Assembly (NCBI GenBank): GCA_038244685.1
Contig: JBBRTD010000001.1
Location: 259,569 to 323,568, forward strand
Reading direction: 5' to 3'
Length of the DNA: 64,000 nt
DNA from: Minisyncoccia bacterium
GTDB lineage: Bacteria > Patescibacteriota > Minisyncoccia > Phycocordibacterales > UBA9973
How positions within the stretch are numbered: the stretch's first letter is position 1; each line of letters begins with the position of its first letter. Shown in pieces: positions 54,426 to 63,672 of this stretch. A model generated the notes under the pieces. The model saw only the letters and a list, made by a program, of their open reading frames with translations. It did no database searches and had not been told where the DNA came from. Position numbers and translations under genes: made by a program.

Positions 54426-54992
54426 ATGAAAAAAAGTCATACAAATTTAATACTCATAATTAGCACCATCTTATTTATTTTTACCATTGGTTCTTTTGTT
54501 TTTTTCTTTACTGTTATTAAAAACAAAAATAGGCATATATCTGCGGTCTCTATTGCTTTAGGGAAAAAGACCTCTGAACAAATTAATGTAAATAATCTTG
54601 ATAATAAAATAATTGAACTCGGAAATATACAGAAAAGGATTAGTGGTTATTTTATTAACACTTCAGCTATTGATACTTTTGTTGAATATCTAGAAGGTAT
54701 TGGTCTTAGTAATAATGTTGATCTGTCAGTTAAGAGTGTTGATACTCCCAAAAATGAGAAGAATAGAATATTCGTCACCATAAACATGAAAGGAAGTTTC
54801 TCGAATTTAATGAGAGTAATATCTATCTTGGAAAATGCACCATATAATATAATTATAAACTCTACATATTTAAATAAAGAGACATTAATTTCTACTGATA
54901 CAAACAACACTCCCATAAAAGGGAAAGATATCCCTAAGGAAGATAAATCTTATTGGATTGCCAATGTAACATTCGGTATTTTAAATTTATAA
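54426..54992 (+). CDS. PilO-like bitopic membrane protein (N-terminal helix plus periplasmic domain).
   Basis: Topology and position after pilM/N. Confidence 0.45.
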   Translation: MKKSHTNLILIISTILFIFTIGSFVFFFTVIKNKNRHISAVSIALGKKTSEQINVNNLDNKIIELGNIQKRISGYFINTSAIDTFVEYLEGIGLSNNVDLSVKSVDTPKNEKNRIFVTINMKGSFSNLMRVISILENAPYNIIINSTYLNKETLISTDTNNTPIKGKDIPKEDKSYWIANVTFGILNL

Positions 54993-54995
54993 TAT

Positions 54996-55313
54996 ATGAA
55001 TAATTTTTTATTAAAAATTAAAAACACACTTAAGGCTATTGATGATTTTTTTAAGATTAATCCTCATAAACAATGGGTCTTTTTATTGTATATATTTTTT
55101 ATTTCTATTTCTATTTTAACTTTATTTAGTTTTTATTTTCTATATGAAATAAAGAATGAAAAAATATTTCAAGTTAAAGTTGAACAAGAAGGGAAGCAAT
55201 CTTTACTGAAGGAGGATTTACTAAAAAGAACCATAGACCTATTTGATAAGAAGGCTCAAAAAGAAGCAGAGATAAAAAATAATTTATCTACTTATAGGGA
55301 CCCAAGTTTATAA
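54996..55313 (+). CDS. Small bitopic membrane protein, hypothetical pilus-biogenesis accessory.
   Basis: ORF with one helix, in the operon after the pilO-like gene. Confidence 0.35.
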   Translation: MNNFLLKIKNTLKAIDDFFKINPHKQWVFLLYIFFISISILTLFSFYFLYEIKNEKIFQVKVEQEGKQSLLKEDLLKRTIDLFDKKAQKEAEIKNNLSTYRDPSL

Positions 55314-55316
55314 TAT

Positions 55317-55391
55317 TGGTGCCCTCGGCAGGAATCGAACCTGCAATAACGGCTTAGAAGTCCGCAGTTATATCCATTTAACTACAAGGGC
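55317..55391 (-). tRNA. tRNA-Arg (anticodon TCT). CCA encoded.
   Basis: Hand-folded: acceptor GCCCTTG/CGAGGGC, anticodon loop CTTCTAA with one non-canonical pair in the anticodon stem, T-arm GCAGG-TTCGATT-CCTGC. Confidence 0.65.
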
Positions 55392-55399
55392 AAAACTAG

Positions 55400-55472
55400 T
55401 GCGCGATGAGGGACTTGAACCCCCGACCTTCTCAGTGTAAATGAGTTGCTCTACCAACTGAGCTAATCGCGC
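55400..55472 (-). tRNA. tRNA-Val (anticodon TAC).
   Basis: Hand-folded: GCGCGAT acceptor, D-arm GCTC/GAGC, anticodon loop TTTACAC, T-loop TTCAAGT. Confidence 0.85.
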
Positions 55473-55571
55473 ATATATTATACAACATATCTAATATCCA
55501 TTATATTCGGACATTTATTGGCTAATTGAATAATAGCATATTTTTAATATATTTCAACTATATGCTAGTAT

Positions 55572-56366
55572 GTGGGTATGAAGCTAAAAATCCTTTTTGA
55601 AGATAAGAATATGCTAGTCGTAGACAAGCCAGCAGGTATTGCCGTACATGCTGATGCTCGAACAAAAGATAAAGACATAACAATGGCTGATCTTATATTG
55701 GATTATGATAAAAAACTTGAAAAAGTTGGGGAACCTATGGTTATAGAATTTGGGGGAAAAGAAATAAAGATTAAGCGTCCAGGTATTGTTCATCGACTCG
55801 ACAGAGAAACATCTGGAGTTTTGCTTGTTGCTCGTAATCAAAAAACTTTTCTTTTTTTAAAAGAGCAATTCCAAAATCATACAATAAAGAAGGTTTACCG
55901 AGCTTTTGTGTATGGTTTTGTCTCTGATCCTAAGGCATCACTTGCTACAGGAAAGAGGGGGGTCATTAATGCTTCTATTGGACGTTCACCCATAGATATT
56001 CGAATGTGGACAGCTGGCCGTGGAGCGAGAGAACCACTTCGTACAGCTATGACTGAATACGTAGTTTTAAATAGATTTTCCGATAATAATATAGAAGGTA
56101 TAAATCAAGATAATAAATTCTCTTACATTGAAGCATACCCAAAGACTGGGCGTACTCACCAGATTCGAGTTCATATGAGATACATTAATCATCCTGTTGT
56201 TTCTGATCCACTTTACAGAGGAACAAAAGAATTAGCTCTCGGAATGAAGCGTCTTGCATTGCATTCATATTCAATAACCTTCAGAACTCCAAATGGCGAG
56301 ATGAAAACAGTTGAATCTCCGCTACCTTCCGATTTTAAAAAAGTAATAAAAACATATCTTGCTTAA
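55572..56366 (+). CDS. RluA-family 23S rRNA pseudouridine synthase (RluD/RluC-like, no S4 domain).
   Basis: Catalytic motif HRLDRETSGVLLVA. Confidence 0.85.
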   Translation: MGMKLKILFEDKNMLVVDKPAGIAVHADARTKDKDITMADLILDYDKKLEKVGEPMVIEFGGKEIKIKRPGIVHRLDRETSGVLLVARNQKTFLFLKEQFQNHTIKKVYRAFVYGFVSDPKASLATGKRGVINASIGRSPIDIRMWTAGRGAREPLRTAMTEYVVLNRFSDNNIEGINQDNKFSYIEAYPKTGRTHQIRVHMRYINHPVVSDPLYRGTKELALGMKRLALHSYSITFRTPNGEMKTVESPLPSDFKKVIKTYLA

Positions 56367-56394
56367 AATAGGCATATATGATAAAGTAGAACCC

Positions 56395-56790
56395 ATGGAA
56401 ATAACGAAAGTACAATTTACACCAGTAGAGCAAGTTTCTCGCAAAACCCTTGATTTTAAAGCAGGAGATACTGTTCGTGTGTGGAGTAAAATTATGGAAA
56501 AAGGAAAAGTTCGTCTTCAGGCTTTTGAAGGACTAGTTTTGTCACGCAAGCATGGAACAGAGTCAGGAGCTACTTTTACTGTTCGCAAGGTATCATTAAG
56601 TGTTGGAGTTGAACGTATTTTTCCTCTCTATTCTCCTAACATTGATAAAATAGAAGTCTTGAGAAAATCAAAGACTCGCCGAAATAAATTATATTATATT
56701 CGTACAAAGGCAGTTAAGGAAGTTAAGAAAAGACTAAAGAGTGTTACCATCTCAAGAGAAGAGAAACCTACAGAAGAGAAAACAGCATAA
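56395..56790 (+). CDS. rplS: 50S ribosomal protein L19. Start moved to the internal MEITKVQ.
   Basis: RLQAFEGLVL...ATFTVRKVS.GVGVERIFPLYSPNIDKIEV matches the L19 consensus. Confidence 0.85.
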   Translation: MEITKVQFTPVEQVSRKTLDFKAGDTVRVWSKIMEKGKVRLQAFEGLVLSRKHGTESGATFTVRKVSLSVGVERIFPLYSPNIDKIEVLRKSKTRRNKLYYIRTKAVKEVKKRLKSVTISREEKPTEEKTA

Positions 56791-56802
56791 TAAACAAATA
56801 AA

Positions 56803-56848
56803 AAATAGAGGTTAGAAATCTATCATAGATATCTAACCTCTATTTTTT
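56803..56848 (+). terminator. Intrinsic terminator after rplS.
   Basis: 19-bp near-perfect inverted repeat atagaggttagaaatctat / atagatatctaacctctat followed by T6. Confidence 0.7.
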
Positions 56849-56893
56849 ATTGAAAAAAATACAAGAATTAGTTATACTCGATATGTTTACAAT

Positions 56894-56977
56894 GCGCGGG
56901 TGTTGAAACTGGTAGACAAGCATCCTTGAGGTGGATGTGCCCTTACGGGTGTGGAGGTTCAAGTCCTCTCCCGCGCA
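56894..56977 (+). tRNA. tRNA-Leu (anticodon GAG) with a long variable arm.
   Basis: Hand-folded: GCGCGGG acceptor, anticodon stem CATCC/GGATG, loop TTGAGGT, variable arm, T-loop TTCAAGT. CCA not encoded. Confidence 0.85.
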
Positions 56978-57165
56978 CAATAAGAAAAACCTTTTTAAAA
57001 AGGTTTTTCTTATTGTGCGCGGAATGAAGAACCTACGTTCTTCATGTGAGAGGAATTGAAAACCTTGAGTATATTTTCTTAAATTTAATAATTTTAGAAA
57101 ATACGAAAGGTATACTGGTCATGTAATGACCAAGAAGCGTACTCGCGTTCCTCTCCCGCGCACAA
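56978..57165 (+). repeat. tRNA-linked roughly 188-nt structured element (copy 1). It ends with a direct 17-nt copy of the tRNA-Leu 3' end.
   Basis: Hairpin aagaaaaacc-ttttt-aaaaaggtttttctt. Inverted tRNA-end copy attgtgcgcgg. Hairpins at 57024..57045, 57073..57102 and 57117..57131. gtactcgcg at 57139..57147. ttcctctcccgcgcacaa at 57148..57165. Confidence 0.5.
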
Positions 57166-57193
57166 AGTTAGAGATATAAGATATAATAGGAGC

Positions 57194-57766
57194 ATGATTG
57201 CCATTTTAATTAATTTATTTTACTTAATAGTATTTTTGGTTTTTTTTATTGTTCTCATTTTATTATTTTTCTGGATGTGGAGCGCAATTAAGGCTAAAGT
57301 TCCATTTGTTCCAGTTTCTAATAATATTTTAAAAGATATAAAGGAAGCCCTTCAGCTTAAAGAGGGCAGTGTTGTTTATGATTTAGGTTGTGGTGATGGC
57401 AGAGTACTTTTTTATCTTTACAAAAATAACCCAAATCTAAAATACATTGGGGTGGAAAATAGCCCCTTTCCATATTTTTTGGCTTATATACTTAATTATT
57501 TTCATAAGAAAAGATATAAAAGTAATATTGAAATTATAAAAGGAGATTTTTTTAATATAGATTTATCAAATGCGACTCATGTTTTCACATATCTTTATCC
57601 AAACATTATGGATGATTTAATGCCTAAACTTAGCAAAGAGCTTAACCCAGGAACCCGCCTTGTTTCGGTTTCTTTTCATTTTACAAATAAACGCGAGATA
57701 AAAGAGATAGATTTAAAGAGAGGAAAATATAAACTTTCGCAAAAAATATATGTTTATGATTTTTAA
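57194..57766 (+). CDS. Class I SAM-dependent methyltransferase with an N-terminal transmembrane helix.
   Basis: Motif I VYDLGCGDGRV. Confidence 0.6.
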   Translation: MIAILINLFYLIVFLVFFIVLILLFFWMWSAIKAKVPFVPVSNNILKDIKEALQLKEGSVVYDLGCGDGRVLFYLYKNNPNLKYIGVENSPFPYFLAYILNYFHKKRYKSNIEIIKGDFFNIDLSNATHVFTYLYPNIMDDLMPKLSKELNPGTRLVSVSFHFTNKREIKEIDLKRGKYKLSQKIYVYDF

Positions 57767-57847
57767 AAGAGTAGTTTTGAATAATTGATAAATATTATTT
57801 AAGTGCGTAGTTTACTACATAAGAAATCGGTAGTATAATAGCCATGT

Positions 57848-60274
57848 ATGATAACTCCAGATTTAATTGAGTATATAAAAACACAACTAAATAAAAATAT
57901 TTCGAAGGATTTAATTATTCAACGTTTAGAAGAAGCCGGTTGGCGGATGGAAGATATAGAAGAGGGTATTACTGAGGCATCTCCAGCTAAGGTAGAAATT
58001 AAGGTTGCGCCTGTTCAAGAAGAAAAGATTGTTATCGTTGATAATTATAAAGAAACACCTCTAGTAAAAGAAGAAATTATTAAAAAAACAGAAGAGCCAA
58101 CTGAACCCTTAGAGATTAAAAAGGCGGTTGATCCGTACAGAGAATTACCAGATGGAACTGAACCTGTTGTCGCAAAAGAGGAAGTAAAAAGTACCCCAAC
58201 GAGTAGCTTGGATTTATTGAAAATTTGGGTTCCGACAACGATTAAACCAAAGAATGAAGAAATAAAGATAGAGCCAGAGGTAAAGATTGAAGCAGAAGTT
58301 AAAAAAGAGCCAGAAATAAAACCTGAAATAAAAATAGAGCCAGAAGCAGAAATAGAATATATTGGCGAACCAGAAAAAACAGAAGCAACTCCTTCTTTGT
58401 CTGAAATGGGGTCACAAAATCAAATACAAATTGAATCAACTAAAACAGAAGTTGGAAGTGAAGCAATTTCGAGTATTCCAATCATAGAATTAAATAAGTT
58501 AAATTTGCCTATTATTGAAAATAAACAGCCAGATGCTTCGCTTATCTCTGCTTTTAATCCGATGTTGAGTGGAGACACATCTTCTCTTTCATCAGAAATT
58601 AAACAACCAGAAGAAAAAACAATCGTTGATGATTTCATACCAACAATAAATAAAAGTCCTTTTTCTAAGCCGATTGCACAAACAATACTAGAACCTCAAA
58701 AATTACAACCGATTAAGAGTAATATAGTTCAGAATGGAATGTCGGATATTTTACCTAGGAATGCAATGATTTCATCATATTCCCAGGCATTATTGTCTTC
58801 AACTAAAGAGAAAGAAGAGATAGTTTCATCTCTTCCCAAAAAACATAAATTTCTAAAATTTGTAGTTATTTTATTTGTTATAAGTCTTATTAGTGGTATG
58901 ATTTTTGCTTTTGTAGAGGGCTATCTAAAAATTCCTGGTTCTAATTTTAGTTTTTCTGTTGTTAAAAAAGACCCCCAAGCAGTAATGATGGAAGCACCTT
59001 TTTCTATCTCCAAATTAAAATCTTATAAAGTAGAAACAAATATAAATATTTCATCTCCGTCTCTTTCTAATATTAGCATTGGTCTATCTAGCGGAAAGGT
59101 GGTTGATTCTGCCGACCGAGACTCTGTCTCTATTATAGCTAAGGGCTCAGCTAATCATGTTGACGATAAGCTACTTTTTGATTATTTATTAAATTTCAAA
59201 AGTTCTATTTTGAAAAATGAGATTATTAGTAATTGGAAATATGATGGGTCAGATTTGCATGTAAGCGTTCCTGATACAAGCGAGATTTTTAAGAAAGATG
59301 CACCGAAGCCTACCATCATATCCATGAAGCCTAATGATATTGGTTTAATAGAAGGGGAATTATCTCCATCACTTCAAAATATAATAAAGAAGATAGATAT
59401 TTATAATATTCTTTCGAATGACGTTCCACTGTATGTTAAAAATGAAACATCTTCAATTTTAAAAGAATTTATTACAGGCCTTCAGTATACTGAAAAAGGA
59501 GAAGAGAGTATTCATGGAGTTGATACTTACCATTATGAGATGTCGACCGACCGTCAATCAACAAAGAAATTATTGAGTTCATTAGTAGATCTTTTTGTTA
59601 TGGAATTACCAGCAGATCAGAAGAAAAATTTAGACGAAGCACTTGGAGCTTCTGCCTTTAGTTCATTTGATGTATGGGTTGGGAAAAATGATGATAATCT
59701 TTATCAAATAAAATTTACTTTGAATGCACCTTTGTCTAAAGTTTTAGGATTAAATGATAGTGGAATTGCAGGGAATGAAGTTAAGTTAGATTGGACTACA
59801 ACTTACTATGATTTAAATGTAGACAATAAAATTGTCATGCCGGACGAGCAAGTAAATATGCAAGGTTTTATAAAAAATATTAGAGATATAAAAATTAAAA
59901 ATACTATTTCTGCTTTTAAGCCTCAGGCTAATTCATTAAGAAACGCAATAGGTTCTTATGGTAATAGATCAAATCCTGCTGGAAGTTGTACTAATCCAAA
60001 TCCTGGCTCGTTATTCTCTCCACAGGGTCACCCAAGGAGTGCAGAGGGGGCAATTAGTTCTATCTCAAGCTCAATGATTGCTTTATTGTCAGAAACAAAC
60101 GGAGCTGGTTCTTGCTATTCCACTTCAGGAGCATGGGCCTTGTCTGCTCCTCTTGCTACAAGTTCAGATTCTTTAGTCCCTAATCCAAATGATGTTAATT
60201 ATTTCTATTGCACCGACAGTAGTGGAAATACAAAAACTCTTTCTGCTCCGATAACAGGAGTAGAGTGTAAATAA
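57848..60274 (+). CDS. Large bitopic membrane protein: cytoplasmic N-terminal about 330 aa with (E/K)P(E/I)(V/I)K repeats, one central transmembrane helix, and an extracellular C-terminal about 450 aa.
   Basis: Central helix FLKFVVILFVISLISGMIFAFV. TATAAT at 57834..57839, 8 nt before the ATG. Confidence 0.6.
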   Translation: MITPDLIEYIKTQLNKNISKDLIIQRLEEAGWRMEDIEEGITEASPAKVEIKVAPVQEEKIVIVDNYKETPLVKEEIIKKTEEPTEPLEIKKAVDPYRELPDGTEPVVAKEEVKSTPTSSLDLLKIWVPTTIKPKNEEIKIEPEVKIEAEVKKEPEIKPEIKIEPEAEIEYIGEPEKTEATPSLSEMGSQNQIQIESTKTEVGSEAISSIPIIELNKLNLPIIENKQPDASLISAFNPMLSGDTSSLSSEIKQPEEKTIVDDFIPTINKSPFSKPIAQTILEPQKLQPIKSNIVQNGMSDILPRNAMISSYSQALLSSTKEKEEIVSSLPKKHKFLKFVVILFVISLISGMIFAFVEGYLKIPGSNFSFSVVKKDPQAVMMEAPFSISKLKSYKVETNINISSPSLSNISIGLSSGKVVDSADRDSVSIIAKGSANHVDDKLLFDYLLNFKSSILKNEIISNWKYDGSDLHVSVPDTSEIFKKDAPKPTIISMKPNDIGLIEGELSPSLQNIIKKIDIYNILSNDVPLYVKNETSSILKEFITGLQYTEKGEESIHGVDTYHYEMSTDRQSTKKLLSSLVDLFVMELPADQKKNLDEALGASAFSSFDVWVGKNDDNLYQIKFTLNAPLSKVLGLNDSGIAGNEVKLDWTTTYYDLNVDNKIVMPDEQVNMQGFIKNIRDIKIKNTISAFKPQANSLRNAIGSYGNRSNPAGSCTNPNPGSLFSPQGHPRSAEGAISSISSSMIALLSETNGAGSCYSTSGAWALSAPLATSSDSLVPNPNDVNYFYCTDSSGNTKTLSAPITGVECK

Positions 60275-60275
60275 T

Positions 60276-60695
60276 ATGCAAATTATATTTATTATTTCTA
60301 TTTGTCTTTTTAGTCTTTTGGGCTTCTTTATTTCGAGGTATATTTATCAAAACAAAAAGTTAAACAAGAAAGTTATATGCCCAAATAAGTCAAAATGCGA
60401 TCGGGTTATTTATTCTTCATATTCGAAAATATTTGGTTTGGGAGTAGAGCAAATAGGGATGGTGTACTATGCTTTTATTGGTTTTGCTTTTGGTTTCGCT
60501 TACGTCTTCAGCCTCTATAATTTTGGAATTAAATTTATTCTATTTGGAATAACTATTTGTGCTTTGTTATTTTCTATATATCTTATTACGGTTCAAGTCT
60601 TAATTATAGAAAAAATATGCATGTGGTGTTTAATGTCATCCATTATATCTTTTGCTATATTTGTTTTGGCCTATTTTTACACATTTGCAATATAA
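60276..60695 (+). CDS. VKOR-like (vitamin K epoxide reductase family) membrane thiol oxidoreductase.
   Basis: Loop cysteines C-x6-C (CPNKSKC), then ...SKIFGLGVEQIGMVYYAF. CxxC (CMWC) in a C-terminal transmembrane helix. Confidence 0.6.
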   Translation: MQIIFIISICLFSLLGFFISRYIYQNKKLNKKVICPNKSKCDRVIYSSYSKIFGLGVEQIGMVYYAFIGFAFGFAYVFSLYNFGIKFILFGITICALLFSIYLITVQVLIIEKICMWCLMSSIISFAIFVLAYFYTFAI

Positions 60696-60772
60696 TATTT
60701 ATACCTAGATTTTTTAAGCATTTTCTGGTATAAATGGTTAGTTACTATTATTTAAGGTAATAGTATAGATAT

Positions 60773-60848
60773 GGTGCTTATAGTGTAATGGTTAGCACTA
60801 GAGTTTGTGGAACTCTCGGTCTGGGTTCAAATCCCAGTAGGCACCCCA
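60773..60848 (+). tRNA. tRNA-His (anticodon GTG) with the G-1 nucleotide and CCA encoded.
   Basis: Hand-folded: G-1, then GTGCTTA acceptor, anticodon stem AGAGT/ACTCT, loop TTGTGGA, T-arm CTGGG-TTCAAAT-CCCAG, discriminator C, then CCA. Confidence 0.88.
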
Positions 60849-61034
60849 TAACAAAAACCCCTGAAAAGGGTTGTTTTTGTTTTGGGGTGCCCAAGCAAAT
60901 GAACTGCTTCATTTGCGTCTGGGGATTTGAAGACCTTGAACTTGGATTTTGAAACTCTGTTTCAAAATCCGTGAAAGGTGTACAGATTCTGTAAGAATCA
61001 AAAAGTGTACTCGCGGTCCCAGTAGACACAACCC
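60849..61034 (+). repeat. tRNA-linked roughly 186-nt structured element (copy 2), homologous to the one after tRNA-Leu. It ends with a degenerate copy of the tRNA-His 3' end.
   Basis: Hairpin caaaaaccc-ctgaaaa-gggttgttttt. Inverted tRNA-end copy ttttggggtgcc. Hairpins at 60895..60916, 60944..60970 and about 60983..60999. gtactcgcg at 61007..61015. gtcccagtagacacaaccc at 61016..61034. Confidence 0.5.
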
Positions 61035-61098
61035 TTGATTTGTTATATTTTAGTTGTATTATTAAATTATTAATATTTATAATATATATATCTAACTT

Positions 61099-62739
61099 AT
61101 GAAAAAATACGCGGTGTTCTTGCTCTTGGCCTTTTTGGTTACTCCTTCTTTCGCTAAGGCTTCAGTTTTGTATAGTCAGTCAATTACACTATCTCCTGGT
61201 TGGAATACTATATCTACCCCAAAGGTTTTAGAGTCACATGTTTTTTCAGCAGCAGAAACTTCAAATAATTTTGATATTTATACTCTTAATTCTTCAAAAC
61301 CTTCTGGCTGGGCTACTCTTGCTGATTTAAACCAAACAGAATTTACTCCACTCTTTGGGTATTTTATAAATAATAAAACAGGAGTAACTCAAACTTTAAC
61401 TTTTAATTATAAAAATGTTTCTATTGGGGAGCAGTTTTTTAGTAGAATATTTCCAACCTCTGGTTGGTACTCTTTTGGTATAGCGAATTCTACCTATGCT
61501 AAAAATTTGAATAGTGACAATACTGATATAAATAACCCAGACAATATATTAAATTCACTTATTGATTCATCTGTTCATTATGGAGATGTCGTTGATTTTA
61601 CCGATGCAAGTTATTTAACAAACAAAGACTCTGTTGCTGTAATTAGTCCCTGGAAAGATGCAGTTAGATCTGCCAGTATAGCTAATAATACTGAAGTGAA
61701 TACATTAAATGATTTTCGTGAGTTAAAAGGTTATGCCATTTATATAAAAGATGCGAATACAGAATATAGTGGTTTTCAAAATACTACAATTTTTCAATGT
61801 TCTGATGGAATAGACAATGATGGAGATGGCTCTATTGATATGATCGATATTGGTTGCAATAGTAATGTAGACAATTTAGAGTATAATCTTCCTGTTGCTC
61901 TTACTGTATCAAAGGAGACTTCAAGTCCTATTGCTCAAACAGTTAAAGTTTCAAATACAGCTTCAACATCAGATATTCCTATGCTTGTATTCAAGCTTAA
62001 AAACACAGGTGCTGACATGACATTTGATGCTATGTCTTTCAAGGTTGATGCTTCAACAAGTCCATTAGCTATGATCGGTGAACTTACATTGAAAGAAGGT
62101 GGAAACACTGTTGCAACATGGACACCAACATCAGCAACAACAGGCCCACAAACAGTAACATTTAATCTTGATAATACGTATAAGATTCCAGAAGACTCAA
62201 CGAAAATTTTCACAGTTGTAGCTAAGATCAACGATATTGATAACTTTACAGCTGGAACATTGGATGTTTCGTATCTTTCTGCTTCATATGAAATTACAAA
62301 TACAAAAACTATTTTAGCTTCAGTATCAGGTTCAGCAGTAGGTGAGACTCAGACATTCTTTAGTACAGGAGCCGCTGTAAAGTTTGTTTCTGAAGCTTAC
62401 ACAGCCGCTGTTTCTGGAACAAGTCCTACAGAAGGTTCTATCGCTATTACTTTCACAGTTGAAGCTGTTGGAGATAATGACGTAGTAATCAAAGAAAACG
62501 GTTCTAACGTTCTTAATACATTAGTATTAGGTGCTGGAGTGGATACACAAAATACTCTTAACACTATTGTTACAGAGTCAGGCGTATCAGCACTAGCTGG
62601 TAACTTCACTGTTTCATCAGGTGACGTAAAGACATTTACAGTTACACGAAGATTTAGTTATGCTCCAGGATTCGTTATATTAACACTTAACAGTGTTGCA
62701 GGATCAACAGTTTCAAACGTTAAAACAGCTGCTCATTAA
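61099..62739 (+). CDS. Secreted hypothetical protein (546 aa), beta-rich and Thr/Ser-rich.
   Basis: Signal peptide MKKYAVFLLLAFLVTPSFAKA. Confidence 0.6.
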   Translation: MKKYAVFLLLAFLVTPSFAKASVLYSQSITLSPGWNTISTPKVLESHVFSAAETSNNFDIYTLNSSKPSGWATLADLNQTEFTPLFGYFINNKTGVTQTLTFNYKNVSIGEQFFSRIFPTSGWYSFGIANSTYAKNLNSDNTDINNPDNILNSLIDSSVHYGDVVDFTDASYLTNKDSVAVISPWKDAVRSASIANNTEVNTLNDFRELKGYAIYIKDANTEYSGFQNTTIFQCSDGIDNDGDGSIDMIDIGCNSNVDNLEYNLPVALTVSKETSSPIAQTVKVSNTASTSDIPMLVFKLKNTGADMTFDAMSFKVDASTSPLAMIGELTLKEGGNTVATWTPTSATTGPQTVTFNLDNTYKIPEDSTKIFTVVAKINDIDNFTAGTLDVSYLSASYEITNTKTILASVSGSAVGETQTFFSTGAAVKFVSEAYTAAVSGTSPTEGSIAITFTVEAVGDNDVVIKENGSNVLNTLVLGAGVDTQNTLNTIVTESGVSALAGNFTVSSGDVKTFTVTRRFSYAPGFVILTLNSVAGSTVSNVKTAAH

Positions 62740-62750
62740 TTATAATTTAT

Positions 62751-63593
62751 ATGAAAAAAAATTTATTTATTTTTATCACTTTAATAATATTCCTATTCCC
62801 ATTGATATCTTTTGCTTCTGCAATTCCTAAATTTCCAATGGCATTTTATGGAAATGTTACGATAAATGGAGTAAAAGCTCCAGAGGGGACAGTTATTAAA
62901 GCATATTATGGGCCTATTTTAGCAGGACAATCTACTGTTGATAGTTCCGGTGCTTATGGTTATGTTTCATCAATCGCCAAGAAACTTCTTGTTAGTGAAG
63001 GAGACGGAATTATTACTTTTAAGTTTCAGTTAGCATCAATTTTATCGGGAGTAGAAAGTACTGGCACTACAACTATTTCTTTTCCTGGTTTTGGAGAAGG
63101 AGTAACAATAAATAAAGATTTAGCTTTTACCTACACTATTGTTTCTAGTGGAGGAGGTGGTGGTGGGGGAGGTAGCAACTCTTCTTCTTCAACAACAATA
63201 CCAATAATAAAACCTATTATTTCCATAACTCCTACTGCTTCATCTATACTTGGTTGTGAAAATAGAACAAGTGGATTTAGTTTTATTAATGGTCAATCTT
63301 GCCTAAAAAATGTAGTTTCAGATATAAATCAAGTTACAGATTTACCAGTTACCCCCTTATCAAATTTAGAAGCTTCAACATATAATCTTGGCACAAAAAT
63401 TTTAAAAAATGGAAGTAGAGGTGAAGCAGTTAAAGAGTTACAAAGATTTTTAAATGATACCTTAAAGTTAGGATTAGTTCTTGATGGAAAACTTGGACCT
63501 AAAACAATAGCAGTAATAAAACAATGGCAAAAAAATAAAGGTTTAGTTCCTGACGGTTTAATTGGACCCAAAACCAAAGCATTAATGAGATAA
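62751..63593 (+). CDS. Secreted protein with a poly-Gly/Ser linker and a C-terminal peptidoglycan-binding domain (PG_binding_1-like).
   Basis: Signal peptide. GGGGGGGGSNSSSS linker. C-terminus GSRGEAVKELQRFLN...LDGKLGPKTIAVIKQWQKNKGLVPDGLIGPKT. Confidence 0.7.
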   Translation: MKKNLFIFITLIIFLFPLISFASAIPKFPMAFYGNVTINGVKAPEGTVIKAYYGPILAGQSTVDSSGAYGYVSSIAKKLLVSEGDGIITFKFQLASILSGVESTGTTTISFPGFGEGVTINKDLAFTYTIVSSGGGGGGGGSNSSSSTTIPIIKPIISITPTASSILGCENRTSGFSFINGQSCLKNVVSDINQVTDLPVTPLSNLEASTYNLGTKILKNGSRGEAVKELQRFLNDTLKLGLVLDGKLGPKTIAVIKQWQKNKGLVPDGLIGPKTKALMR

Positions 63594-63672
63594 TCAATAA
63601 TTTTTTAAAGATTCCTAAATTGACTAATATTTGGCGTATCCAAGATTAATTTATCTCTGATATAATAGATAT

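Noticed and set aside
56894-57193. Integrated genomic island or prophage at tRNA-Leu, suggested by the direct repeat of the tRNA 3' end.
   Set aside because: Only about 170 nt separate the repeat from the tRNA and no integrase is nearby. The tRNA-His locus shows the same arrangement with a homologous insert, so it is treated as a miniature structured element family rather than a classical island (see findings).
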